Sequence record: SRR31156797_7933
Direction: 5' to 3' (one strand)
Length of the DNA stretch: 59,219 bases
Below the pieces are notes generated by a model that was given only the letters and a program-made list of their open reading frames with translations, ran no database searches and was not told where the DNA came from. Below are positions 50,492 through 59,219 of the stretch, piece by piece. A program made the position numbers and the translations under genes. Numbering within the stretch: the stretch's first letter is position 1; each line of letters opens with the position of its first letter.

Positions 50492-51550
50492 TTGGAATTT
50501 TTGTTGGACTACGGCTTATTTTTAGCCAAAATCGCAACCGTAGTTGTGGCGATTGTCGTGTTATTAGTCATTGCTAAATCCGTCGGTGGAAAAGGTGCTG
50601 CGAAAGGTGAACTAGAAGTTACCGATCTAACTAAGCAAAATAAAGAGAATGCTGAGCATTTAGAAGCGCACTTGCATGATGAATCATTTTTAAAAGCTCG
50701 TCATAAAGCAGAAGCTAAAGGCGAGAAAGAGAAACATAAAGAGCGTGAGAAAGCGGTAAAGAAAGCAGCGAAAGCTGGCGATTTGAAAGAACAACGCGAT
50801 CCACACTTATTCGTTCTCGATTTCCACGGCAGTATTGATGCGAAAGAAGTGGCATCACTACGTCAGGAAGTGACCGCGATTCTGGCTGTTGCACAGGAAG
50901 GGGATGAAGTATTACTCCGCCTTGAAACTGGCGGTGGTATGGTTCACGGCTATGGCTTAGCGTCTTCACAGCTTGATCGTATTAAAGCAGCAGGTTTACC
51001 ACTGACGATTGCAGTTGATAAAGTGGCAGCCAGCGGCGGTTATATGATGGCGTGTATCGCTGATAAAATTGTATCAGCACCGTTTGCGATTGTGGGTTCT
51101 ATTGGCGTGATTGCTCAGTTGCCTAACTTCAATAAGTTGTTGAAAAAGCATGACATTGAATTTGAACAACTGACGGCGGGTGAATACAAACGTACGCTAA
51201 CGATGTTTGGCGAAAACAGTGATAAAGCGCGTGATAAGTTTAAGCAAGAGCTGGAAGAGACTCATGGCTTATTTAAAGACTTTATCCGTGTGCGTCGTCC
51301 TGATTTGGATTTAGATAAAGTGGCAACGGGTGAACACTGGTTTGGTACTCAAGCGAAAGATCTTGGGCTGGTAGATGAAATTAAAACGTCTGACGATTTG
51401 ATCGTTGAAGCGTGTAAAGAGAAAACGGTTCTATCGATACGCTATGTTCAGAAGAAAAAACTGGCAGATAAATTGGCGGGTGTCGCTGGAGAAGCCGCTG
51501 ATAGTGTTCTATTGAAACTGATTAATCGTGGTCAACGCCCTATTGTTTAA
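50492..51550 (+). CDS. sohB: Protease SohB (S49)
   Basis: (M)EFLLDYGLFLAK, GGMVHGYGLA, VAASGGYMMA and ATGEHW; TTG 50492 is the likely start. Confidence 0.95.
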   Translation: MEFLLDYGLFLAKIATVVVAIVVLLVIAKSVGGKGAAKGELEVTDLTKQNKENAEHLEAHLHDESFLKARHKAEAKGEKEKHKEREKAVKKAAKAGDLKEQRDPHLFVLDFHGSIDAKEVASLRQEVTAILAVAQEGDEVLLRLETGGGMVHGYGLASSQLDRIKAAGLPLTIAVDKVAASGGYMMACIADKIVSAPFAIVGSIGVIAQLPNFNKLLKKHDIEFEQLTAGEYKRTLTMFGENSDKARDKFKQELEETHGLFKDFIRVRRPDLDLDKVATGEHWFGTQAKDLGLVDEIKTSDDLIVEACKEKTVLSIRYVQKKKLADKLAGVAGEAADSVLLKLINRGQRPIV

Positions 51551-51585
51551 TGTTTTATCTGACTAAAAAACAAATTTTTCTCTAT

Positions 51586-51609
51586 AAACCTGCTTCGGCA
51601 GGTTTTTTT
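51586..51609 (+). terminator. sohB terminator
   Basis: aaacctgc-ttcg-gcaggtttttttt. Confidence 0.85.
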
Positions 51610-51643
51610 GTATTTGTTAATCATACTGAACATTTGTTTTTAA

Positions 51644-51662
51644 TATAATGATAACTATTATC
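51644..51662. promoter_or_regulatory. Fur box
   Basis: TATAATGATAACTATTATC matches GATAATGATAATCATTATC at 16 of 19 positions; 53 nt upstream of the monooxygenase ATG. Confidence 0.8.
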
Positions 51663-51715
51663 GTTTACGTTTGGGTGTTATTCTTTATAAACTCTATGAT
51701 TTAAAAGGATATTGC

Positions 51716-53017
51716 ATGCAGTTTGAACGCCCGATTGATATTGGTTTAGCCCTTGCCGCTAGCTGGATAAGCAAAAATGGTTGGCGTCGTGAAGATAGCC
51801 GAGTCGAAGAGCTTTACTCGCCTGAAATTTATATTGAGTTGGCTCAGAAGGCGGAACAGCAGAACATTGATTTTCTGTTTCGGCCAGATGTGATGTTTCT
51901 TAATCAGCATAATGTCTCGGCAGAGCCCGGTTTTTCTAGCTTGGAACCGATAAGCCTACTGAGTGCTATTGCTACTCATACGCAAAAAATCGGCTTAGTC
52001 GCGACCATTTCTACCAGCTTTTTTCCACCGTATATTGCAGCACGACAGCTTCAATCGTTGCAATGGTTGAGTAAGGGACGGGCGGGATGGAACATCGTAA
52101 CGGCATTGGAAGGGGGAAATAATTTTGGTCAGAACTCTCTACCGCCATCCGAGCAGCGTTATCAAATCGCGCAAGAGTTTGTGGATGTCGTTCAGAAGCT
52201 ATGGGCCAGCTACCCACACAAAGCGATAAAGGCTAATCGGGAGCAAGGAATCTATGCCGATTCGCAACAGGTCAAACCCATTGATCACCATGGCGAGCAT
52301 TTTTCTGTAGAAGGACCTTTAAACTTACCGAGCTACCCAAACCAGAGGATCGCATTTTTTCAGGCAGGTTCATCCGATTCAGGAAGAGATTTTGCTGTTA
52401 GAAATGCAGATGCGATTTTTGCTGCCACACCGGACTATGAAGCCGCTTTTGAGCTAAAGAGTGATTTTGTTAAACGAGCGGAATCACTTGGCCGCTCTGG
52501 CTCCTCAACCAAAGTCTATCCCGGGCTAAGCCTATTTCTTGCACAGACAAAACAGCAGGCGGAAGAGTTGTTTAAACAGACTCATAGCCAAACCAATCTG
52601 AGTCGAATGCGAATGCATTTAAGCAAGACGTTGAGTGTTGATTTTCAAACTTGGCCATTGGACAAAGTTGTTCATCATCAAGATATACCCGATGACCTTT
52701 CACAGAGTCGCAGTATTACTCATGCCAACCTGATTCGTCGTCGCTTGAAAAAACAGGCATTAACACTGCAAGAGTTATTGATCACGCCCGAAGTGATGGG
52801 ATCTGCACACTGGTTGGTCGTCGGTACCGCTGATGATGCGGTCCATTCGATTATTGAACATGTCGAAAAAGGCGCAATTGATGGCTTTATCGCTATTCCC
52901 GGAGGCTCGATAGAATCAGCAGGAATCTTCTTTGACCAAGTGATGCCAAAACTACGAGAGATAGGCCTAGCAAAGAGAGTCTATCCGCAAGGTGGGCTGG
53001 TTGATTATATTCGTTAG
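51716..53017 (+). CDS. NtaA/DmoA/SnaA family FMNH2-dependent monooxygenase (luciferase-like)
   Basis: LAQKAE...DFLF.PD, LEP..LLSAIA..T.KIGLVAT.ST, GRAGWNIVT, H.GEHF.VEGPLN and QAGSS.SGRDFA; ATG 51716 follows an AAGGA RBS. Confidence 0.9.
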   Translation: MQFERPIDIGLALAASWISKNGWRREDSRVEELYSPEIYIELAQKAEQQNIDFLFRPDVMFLNQHNVSAEPGFSSLEPISLLSAIATHTQKIGLVATISTSFFPPYIAARQLQSLQWLSKGRAGWNIVTALEGGNNFGQNSLPPSEQRYQIAQEFVDVVQKLWASYPHKAIKANREQGIYADSQQVKPIDHHGEHFSVEGPLNLPSYPNQRIAFFQAGSSDSGRDFAVRNADAIFAATPDYEAAFELKSDFVKRAESLGRSGSSTKVYPGLSLFLAQTKQQAEELFKQTHSQTNLSRMRMHLSKTLSVDFQTWPLDKVVHHQDIPDDLSQSRSITHANLIRRRLKKQALTLQELLITPEVMGSAHWLVVGTADDAVHSIIEHVEKGAIDGFIAIPGGSIESAGIFFDQVMPKLREIGLAKRVYPQGGLVDYIR

Positions 53018-53571
53018 GATGAACCCATGACCTTTCGGGCTTTTACAACATTAGCCAAACAGAGTAAAAGTCCGAAAATTAACCCGCTAAGGTGCGCCTC
53101 GGTGGCCACTCTTGCCTGAATAAGTTCTGCTGTACTGGTTGAAGCCCCCAACCACTGTTCACTGAGCACTTTGGCGATAACACCAATCACTAATAGCCAA
53201 CTGCTTTTGCGTCCGTTTAACGCTTCACTCAAGGCGTAAAAGGCGAAGATCCCGTGCAATGTTCCCGACAAGCCTACATAACTGTGCAGGCTTGTTGCAA
53301 GTAGGCTGATGCCAACCAATGTGCTAATACCAATGAGTAGTATGCTTAAACTGCGGACGGTCGGTTTAAAAAGGTAGCTGATGACCCATAGGCCCAGTAA
53401 GTTCATCGTGAGATGAGTAAAGTTGGTATGGGTGAAGTTTCCTGTTACGATTCGCCACCACTGCCCGTCTTGTATACTTGTTAGTTGCCAAGCCGTAAAC
53501 TGGTTTAAAGGCTCGAATTGAAGCCCAAAGCAACCGATAGTGACTATAAATAACAGCAGGTAAAGATTCAC
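53014..53571 (-). CDS. rrtA: Rhombosortase (GlyGly-CTERM processing rhomboid protease)
   Basis: GQWWRIVTG.FTH...HL.MN, YVGLSG.LHG and EAHL.G motifs; GTG start at 53571 preferred. Confidence 0.9.
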   Translation of the reverse strand: MNLYLLLFIVTIGCFGLQFEPLNQFTAWQLTSIQDGQWWRIVTGNFTHTNFTHLTMNLLGLWVISYLFKPTVRSLSILLIGISTLVGISLLATSLHSYVGLSGTLHGIFAFYALSEALNGRKSSWLLVIGVIAKVLSEQWLGASTSTAELIQARVATEAHLSGLIFGLLLCLANVVKARKVMGSS

Positions 53572-53574
53572 AAT

Positions 53575-54180
53575 ATGTCTCGTTATTGTTCTCAGTGTGG
53601 AAAAGCACGTAAAGCGTGTATCTGTGAAAGCATTGTTGCGCTTGAATCGCAGGTTGAGCTTATCATTCTTCAACATCCAACTGAAGAACAGCGACCTATG
53701 GGCACCGCGCGTATTTTAAGTCTCTCGTTAAACAATAGCCGTTTGTTGGTGGGTGAAGACTTTCGTCATCACGCGGAGCTTAATGAGTTACTGTCTGAGC
53801 CTGATGTTGCTCATTTCGTGTTATACCCAAATGATGTTTCACAATCTGCAGCTAATCTGAGCTTTCCTGCCAAACAAAAAATACGTGTAATTTTGCTGGA
53901 TGGCACCTGGAAGAAAGCGTTTAAAATGTGGCAGGTCAACACCCAACTTCATCATTTGCCTTGTTTGCACTTGCCGGAAGACTTGAAAGGTAATTATCGG
54001 ATCCGCAAAGCGCCCAGTGATAATGCGTTATCAACCGTGGAAGCTGGTTATCATGTTTTGCAATTATTGCAGCCTGAAAGCGACTTTTCGCCGCTTTTAG
54101 GCGCATTTGAAGCTATGGTCGATTATCAAATCAAACAAATGCCGGCTGGTGTTTTTCAGCGCAATTACGGATCTGAATAG
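53575..54180 (+). CDS. DTW domain protein (tRNA-uridine aminocarboxypropyltransferase family)
   Basis: C..C......C.C, LQHP.E, LDGTW.KA, YRIRK and LSTVEA motifs. Confidence 0.92.
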   Translation: MSRYCSQCGKARKACICESIVALESQVELIILQHPTEEQRPMGTARILSLSLNNSRLLVGEDFRHHAELNELLSEPDVAHFVLYPNDVSQSAANLSFPAKQKIRVILLDGTWKKAFKMWQVNTQLHHLPCLHLPEDLKGNYRIRKAPSDNALSTVEAGYHVLQLLQPESDFSPLLGAFEAMVDYQIKQMPAGVFQRNYGSE

Positions 54181-54193
54181 ACCAATCAGCTTT

Positions 54194-55543
54194 TTAGTAA
54201 TGCGTATGGGCAGAAAACAGTTGCTGGTGGAGTCTCTGAGCGTAGGCGTCGGTCATGGCGGAAATGTAGTCACAGATAACCCGTAACCCATCGCCTGAAG
54301 TTCGCTCTGCCAATTGCCATTTCTCTTTGGTTGCTGTGGGTAACAAACGCTCTGGGTCAGCCGCTAATGCTTCAAACATATCCATAATGATCTGTTGACC
54401 TTTGTATTCAAATCGCTGAACTTCCGGTATTTGAATCACATATTGACTGACGAAGTGTTTGAGTACTTCCAAGGCTTTTGCCATGTGTGGCTCTAAGTAA
54501 GCATTAAAGGCAAGCAATTCGCTATTAAACGGGGCATCGACAGGTCTAATGCTAATACTGGTTAGTAGTGCGTTGACGATACCGCCAATAGCATCTTTAC
54601 GCACGTGGTGTTTACCAGAAAAAAGCATGTCACTTAATTGACTGGTGTGGCCGCCAAACCAAGAATCTCCGCACTGTTCTAACTGAATAGCGGCTTCTTG
54701 CCACTGCTCACGGGAGACCATCCCAAGCACAATCGCATCTTCTAAGTCATGAACACCGTAGGCAATGTCATCAGCCAATTCCATGATCGAACAATCTAAT
54801 GATTTAAAACGTGTTTTTTGGTGCTTGTAGGGCAGTCTTTCCTCGTCGCGCATTTGACTGATCAAACGACGATCGTTATCCGTGAGAGGTGCAAGAACCC
54901 AGTTAAATACTTGGCTATCGCAATTGTATACCCCCTTCGCTGGAGACCAATCTTTGGCTTTTAACTGACGTTGATGTGGTACCGAGCCCGGGATTTTTTC
55001 AGCTCGGGTTTCACTGAGCAGAGCTGGATACTTTAATAGTCCGAGCAAGGTTCTACGCGAAAGGTTCATTCCGTGATGTTCTGTGTAAGGCTCTAAACTG
55101 GTCACGATACGAAAGGTTTGTGCATTGCCTTCAAAGCCGCCATGTTCTCGCATCATATAGTTTAGAGCGACCTCTCCACCATGCCCGTAGGGCGGGTGGC
55201 CAATATCATGTGCCAGGCAAAGAGAATCAATTAGAGTATCGGATACGAGCAGTTGACGAAATTCAGGTTGCTTGAGCTCGAGTTGAGCCACAATTCCGGT
55301 GCCGATTTGTGCCGCTTCCAGTGAATGGGTAAGGCGAGTTCGGTGGAAGTCATTCAGGCTTGTGCCATGAACTTGAGTTTTCGCTTGAAGGCGACGAAAT
55401 GCAGCAGAGTGAAGAATACGTGCTCTATCGCGTTGGAAGGGGCTACGGTGGTCATTACGACGGATCTTATGCTCGTCATCTTTACGTTCATGCCACTCAA
55501 CACTGTTTTCTTGATTGTTTGTTTGCTCAGAAGATGACTGCAT
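54194..55543 (-). CDS. dGTP triphosphohydrolase (HD-domain dGTPase family)
   Basis: RDRARILHS.AFRRLQ.KTQV, RTRLTHSLE, AHDIGHPPYGHGGE, FEGNAQ, ELADDIAY and DYI..MTD motifs. Confidence 0.94.
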   Translation of the reverse strand: MQSSSEQTNNQENSVEWHERKDDEHKIRRNDHRSPFQRDRARILHSAAFRRLQAKTQVHGTSLNDFHRTRLTHSLEAAQIGTGIVAQLELKQPEFRQLLVSDTLIDSLCLAHDIGHPPYGHGGEVALNYMMREHGGFEGNAQTFRIVTSLEPYTEHHGMNLSRRTLLGLLKYPALLSETRAEKIPGSVPHQRQLKAKDWSPAKGVYNCDSQVFNWVLAPLTDNDRRLISQMRDEERLPYKHQKTRFKSLDCSIMELADDIAYGVHDLEDAIVLGMVSREQWQEAAIQLEQCGDSWFGGHTSQLSDMLFSGKHHVRKDAIGGIVNALLTSISIRPVDAPFNSELLAFNAYLEPHMAKALEVLKHFVSQYVIQIPEVQRFEYKGQQIIMDMFEALAADPERLLPTATKEKWQLAERTSGDGLRVICDYISAMTDAYAQRLHQQLFSAHTHY

Positions 55544-55637
55544 TGAAAACTCCTACACTGGTTTCCTATAACTTATAGTGAATAGGGCAAGTTCGTCTAG
55601 GCTTTAACTAAGCGATAAATAAGAAAATTGCTCGTAT

Positions 55638-56399
55638 CTAGTTGTACTGAGGAATAACCGAGAAACCGAAACGAGACAATATTTGCTCATAAGAGCCATC
55701 TTGCTTCATGGCTAAAAGCGCTTTGTTAAAGGCTTCTGCTATTTCAACGCTGTGAGGTAACTTACGGCCAAAGGCGTTATATATTTGAAAATACTGAAAT
55801 GGTGGCGTGATAATTTGCATCTCACCCCAGTTAATGGTTTCGACTGTTTCAGCATGCTGAATGTATCGGAAGTGTTCCAATGACATCAAAGCTAAGTCAA
55901 CTCGATCTTTAGCTAGCAATATCATACTGCTCAAGTTGGCATTTGTTGGGTAAATAGTAAATCCTTCATCTTGAGCTACTTTTGCTTGGTGAGTGCCCAG
56001 TTGGACTGCGACAACTAACGGATGGTTTGTCTGAGGCTTCTTTTTTGATGTTGTTCTTTTAATAAAAACCTGCTGACTTTGGTAAATCGCGTCAGTAAAA
56101 GCGAGCGTGCGTTCTCTTTCTTCGGTAAAGTACAAGCCAAGAACACCATCAAATATCCCACTTTGTGCGCCACCTAAAGCTCGTTTCCAAGGCATAAAGT
56201 TAATTTCTAACTGATATCCCGCTCGCTGAAAAGCCTCCCGAGTTATTGCTGCGACTACGCCATTTTCAGGTAGGTTTTGACCATAAAAAGGAGGCCATTC
56301 CATTGCGGCCATAGTCACGGTTTTGCTGGCGTTCACCTGACTTATTGGCATCAAGCTTAGAAATATTATAAAACTTAACTGGAACAAGTTCTTGAGCAT
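55638..56399 (-). CDS. Periplasmic substrate-binding protein (family 3-like), with no permease genes nearby
   Basis: Signal peptide; EWPPF, MPWKRAL, T.ERE, RVDL and FN.AL..MK.DG.Y..I motifs. Confidence 0.85.
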   Translation of the reverse strand: MLKNLFQLSFIIFLSLMPISQVNASKTVTMAAMEWPPFYGQNLPENGVVAAITREAFQRAGYQLEINFMPWKRALGGAQSGIFDGVLGLYFTEERERTLAFTDAIYQSQQVFIKRTTSKKKPQTNHPLVVAVQLGTHQAKVAQDEGFTIYPTNANLSSMILLAKDRVDLALMSLEHFRYIQHAETVETINWGEMQIITPPFQYFQIYNAFGRKLPHSVEIAEAFNKALLAMKQDGSYEQILSRFGFSVIPQYN

Positions 56400-56437
56400 A
56401 AACCCTCCGATGGCACTGCTAAGATTATAGATGATAT

Positions 56438-56464
56438 TAAAGGTTGCCGTTTTTAGGCCGCTAT
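56438..56464 (+). promoter_or_regulatory. Putative sigma-28 (FliA) promoter for the MCP
   Basis: TAAAGGTT-N11-GCCGCTAT compared with the consensus TAAAGTTT-N11-GCCGATAA. Confidence 0.55.
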
Positions 56465-56616
56465 ATCTATTACTAAATTAGTAAATAATTAAAAATATAT
56501 ATCGCTAAGCGAAACAGGTTTCTAGAGGTGTCAGTAAAGTTTACCTCTTTATAGATGGATATAATCTATACTGTCAGCAACTAGCTGTGTTACTTGCATA
56601 TTTCAGGGGTGAGAAG

Positions 56617-58515
56617 ATGCGTGCACTGGGATTAAAAAAAACATTATTAATATCCGTTATTTTACTTGTTGCGATATCTGTATCTATGGCGAATCTCGCT
56701 TCATATCAGCAACAGAAAACTTCCTTAACCAACAACATATTAAGTAAGAGCAAACTTTACGTAGCTGAGCAAGCACTGGTTATTGAAGACTACATTAATC
56801 AGAAGGCTGGAGGTGTTAGTAAGGTTGCCCAACAACATAAAGCCAAGTCTATTAGTGGTTCTCCTGAAGAAATTATTGAACAAACGAAGTTCCTCGCAAA
56901 TGCGATGAACTTAGACAGTGCTGTGATTGCATTTGATAACGGTGACGCCTATTGGAGTATAGCGAGTGATACATGGCCGAATCATAAGCTAGACGGAGAT
57001 GTAACACAGCGACCTTGGTACCAAGCAGCACAGAACTCGAGTGGCGTGACGGTCACCGATCCATACATGGGAACGGATGGTATTTATTGGGTCACCATAA
57101 TCGATAAAGTGAAAGGGGGGACGGTTTCAGTTGATATGACGTTGTCATTTCTGAATGACATGGTGAAAACATCCATGCCAGGTGCCGTTGCTATTATTAT
57201 GAATCAGAGTGGGACACTATTAGCTTCTTCCTCTGAAGTCGTGAAGTCTGGAACGAATGTAAAAGATTATCCTTGGTTTAAAGCGGCGGCACAAAGTGCC
57301 ATTAATGGATCTGAAGTCGTTTCACCCTATCAATTGAATGGGCAGGATAAGTTACTGTTCTCACATGAGGTTAAAGTCGGGGATAAGGTTTGGTATTACG
57401 CATTAGGACTTGATAAATCTGTAGCCTTTGCAGAATTAGAAAGTGTTAAGTTTTCTGCAGTTGTCGTAACAGCAATTGCGACAATCATCAGTATTGTTGT
57501 TGCGTTTGTTTTAATTAACTTTCTGTATCGTCCAATCATTTCTTTGCGCAAAACCATTACTGACCTCTCAAGTGGTAATGGTGATTTAACTCAACGTTTG
57601 GCTGTAAGATCGAACGATGATATTGGTGAAATATCATCTGGAGTGAATCGGTTTATCGAAGATCTTCAAAATATGATGTTAGAAGTACAAAACGTTAGTC
57701 AAACCTTACACGATAATGTTGAGCGGCTTCGAGATCAGTCAAGGCATAACGGTGAAATACTTCAAAGTCATGTCACTGAGACCGAGCAGATTGTCACCGC
57801 TGTGGATGAGATGGACGCAACAGCCAACTCCATGGCAACGGATGCAGCGAATACCGCCAACATTACTGAACAGGCAAACAGCACCAGTAACGATTCTCGT
57901 CTAATTTTGGAGAAATCTAAACAGACGATATCAGCGTTAATTGCGGATGTAGAAAAAGCCTCTCTGGATGTTCAGCAAATGAACAATCAAACACAAAGTA
58001 TTAGCACTATTCTCACCGTGATCGGTGATATTGCTGAGCAGACAAACTTATTGGCACTAAACGCGGCTATCGAAGCTGCACGTGCTGGTGAGCAAGGTCG
58101 TGGATTTGCCGTGGTTGCTGATGAAGTACGCAAACTGGCGAGTCGAACCAAAGAAAGCACCGCTGAGATCGAAGGCGCATTAACTGAGTTGTTAGCAGGA
58201 TGTCAGCGCGTTGTGGAATCGATGGGGTATACCAAAGAGCGTTGCCAGGAAACGGCATCTGGGTCAGTGGAAGTTGAAACCAGTCTGCACTCTTTAACTC
58301 AGTTTGTGGATGAAATTAACGATTTAAGCTCGCAAATTGCAACAGCAGCGGAAGAGCAAAGTAGTGTGACCAAAGAGGTTAGCCGTAACATGAATGCCAT
58401 CAGTGAGATTGTGTCTAATCTCGATCAGAATGGATTAGAAGCGATTAAAAATGCTGAAGGTATTGCCACTGTCAACGACAGGTTGATTTCGGTCGTCGGG
58501 CGATTCAAATTGTAG
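56617..58515 (+). CDS. Methyl-accepting chemotaxis protein (dCache-HAMP-MA)
   Basis: Two TMs, periplasmic RPWY...TDPY, HAMP GDLTQRL and [37 protein letters not shown] 56617 is the likely start. Confidence 0.96.
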   Translation: MRALGLKKTLLISVILLVAISVSMANLASYQQQKTSLTNNILSKSKLYVAEQALVIEDYINQKAGGVSKVAQQHKAKSISGSPEEIIEQTKFLANAMNLDSAVIAFDNGDAYWSIASDTWPNHKLDGDVTQRPWYQAAQNSSGVTVTDPYMGTDGIYWVTIIDKVKGGTVSVDMTLSFLNDMVKTSMPGAVAIIMNQSGTLLASSSEVVKSGTNVKDYPWFKAAAQSAINGSEVVSPYQLNGQDKLLFSHEVKVGDKVWYYALGLDKSVAFAELESVKFSAVVVTAIATIISIVVAFVLINFLYRPIISLRKTITDLSSGNGDLTQRLAVRSNDDIGEISSGVNRFIEDLQNMMLEVQNVSQTLHDNVERLRDQSRHNGEILQSHVTETEQIVTAVDEMDATANSMATDAANTANITEQANSTSNDSRLILEKSKQTISALIADVEKASLDVQQMNNQTQSISTILTVIGDIAEQTNLLALNAAIEAARAGEQGRGFAVVADEVRKLASRTKESTAEIEGALTELLAGCQRVVESMGYTKERCQETASGSVEVETSLHSLTQFVDEINDLSSQIATAAEEQSSVTKEVSRNMNAISEIVSNLDQNGLEAIKNAEGIATVNDRLISVVGRFKL

Positions 58516-58528
58516 ACGGTTAATTTTG

Positions 58529-58557
58529 ATAGGCATGCTTTATAGCATGCCTATTTT
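58529..58557. terminator. Terminator between the convergent MCP and yfbR
   Basis: ataggcatgct-ttat-agcatgcctatttt. Confidence 0.75.
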
Positions 58558-58564
58558 CTTGGTA

Positions 58565-59149
58565 TTAACTAATCTCGTCCAGAGTTAGCTCAAAGCTTGG
58601 AGCAAAGGTCTGAAGAAAGTATTCCATCTCGTCAGAGTGACGCTCTTTAAGCGTGACGTCTAAACGTTTCTTAGCTAATGCGTATTCGTGGTTACCGGCA
58701 CTGAGTTCCTCTAAACATTTCAGATAAGCACAAAGACAGTCTGCCTGCTTTACGATGGCAGAGTCTTCAGGATGTGCCGACTCGGATACCAAAAACGGTG
58801 CAAAATCTTCATGGAACTCTTCGGGCAGCATTTCGAGCAGACGTTTCTCAGCCGCAGACTCGATCTTTTTATACTCTTTGGCAATATCTGGGTTGTAGTA
58901 TTTAATCGGTGTTGGCAAGTCGCCAGTCAGAACTTCGCTAGAATCGTGGTACATAGCCAGAATAGCGATCCGCTCAGGGTTAAGGTTACCGCCAAACTTT
59001 TTGTTTTTGATTACCGCGAGAGCATGCGCGACAAAAGCAACCTGAAGGCTGTGTTCTGAAATGTTTTCGGTGGAAACAGAGCGCATTAATGGCCAGCGCT
59101 GGATTAATTTCATTCGGGCGAGGTGAGCGAAAAAGTGACTTTCTTGCAT
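58565..59149 (-). CDS. yfbR: 5'-deoxynucleotidase (HD family)
   Basis: [19 protein letters not shown]...[25 protein letters not shown] and KQAD motifs. Confidence 0.96.
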   Translation of the reverse strand: MQESHFFAHLARMKLIQRWPLMRSVSTENISEHSLQVAFVAHALAVIKNKKFGGNLNPERIAILAMYHDSSEVLTGDLPTPIKYYNPDIAKEYKKIESAAEKRLLEMLPEEFHEDFAPFLVSESAHPEDSAIVKQADCLCAYLKCLEELSAGNHEYALAKKRLDVTLKERHSDEMEYFLQTFAPSFELTLDEIS

Positions 59150-59219
59150 ATTATACCAACCTACATAAGTTTCTGTTCATGCTTGCTTGCTAAAAACGCC
59201 AATAACTGCGTTATAGATT

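Noticed and set aside
53572-53676. N-terminal extension of rhombosortase
   Set aside because: It overlaps the Cys-rich DTW N-terminus on the other strand. The hydrophobic rhomboid body starts at GTG 53571.
1-59219. CRISPR arrays, integron VCR repeats, IS elements, prophage, tRNA or rRNA genes
   Set aside because: No regularly spaced repeats, transposase/integrase/phage ORFs or tRNA/rRNA signatures were seen by eye. Small RNAs cannot be excluded without a covariance-model search.

Overview
A 59 kb stretch of a Vibrio-type (Vibrionaceae) main chromosome. It is mostly core genes: adhE, rne-rluC-maf-yceD-rpmF-plsX-fabHDG-acpP-fabF-pabC-mltG-tmk-holB-tatD, ptsG, pyk, mlc, cheV, yciK, sohB, rhombosortase, a DTW protein, a dGTPase and yfbR. 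Several apparent accessory modules sit among them: (1) a TRAP transporter with QuiC-like dehydratase, AroQ and a quinate/shikimate dehydrogenase (hydroaromatic utilisation); (2) a second glucose-family PTS EIICB plus an RDD-like gene directly upstream of ptsG; (3) a LexA-controlled imuA-imuB-dnaE2 mutasome; (4) a lone NtaA/DmoA-family flavin monooxygenase behind a near-consensus Fur box; (5) a divergent solute-binding protein/chemoreceptor pair. The most striking non-coding signal is that both PTS genes carry the same leader: an Mlc-type operator, a hairpin with a G5 loop whose outer stem has changed sequence but kept its pairing, and a near-identical RBS region. This suggests a conserved structured cis-regulatory RNA. 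Three small genes missing from the ORF track were read by hand (rpmF, a MetS-like subunit, a YnhF/CydH-like protein). I saw no rRNA, tRNA, CRISPR array, IS element or prophage. All family assignments come from motif recognition by eye, not database searches.
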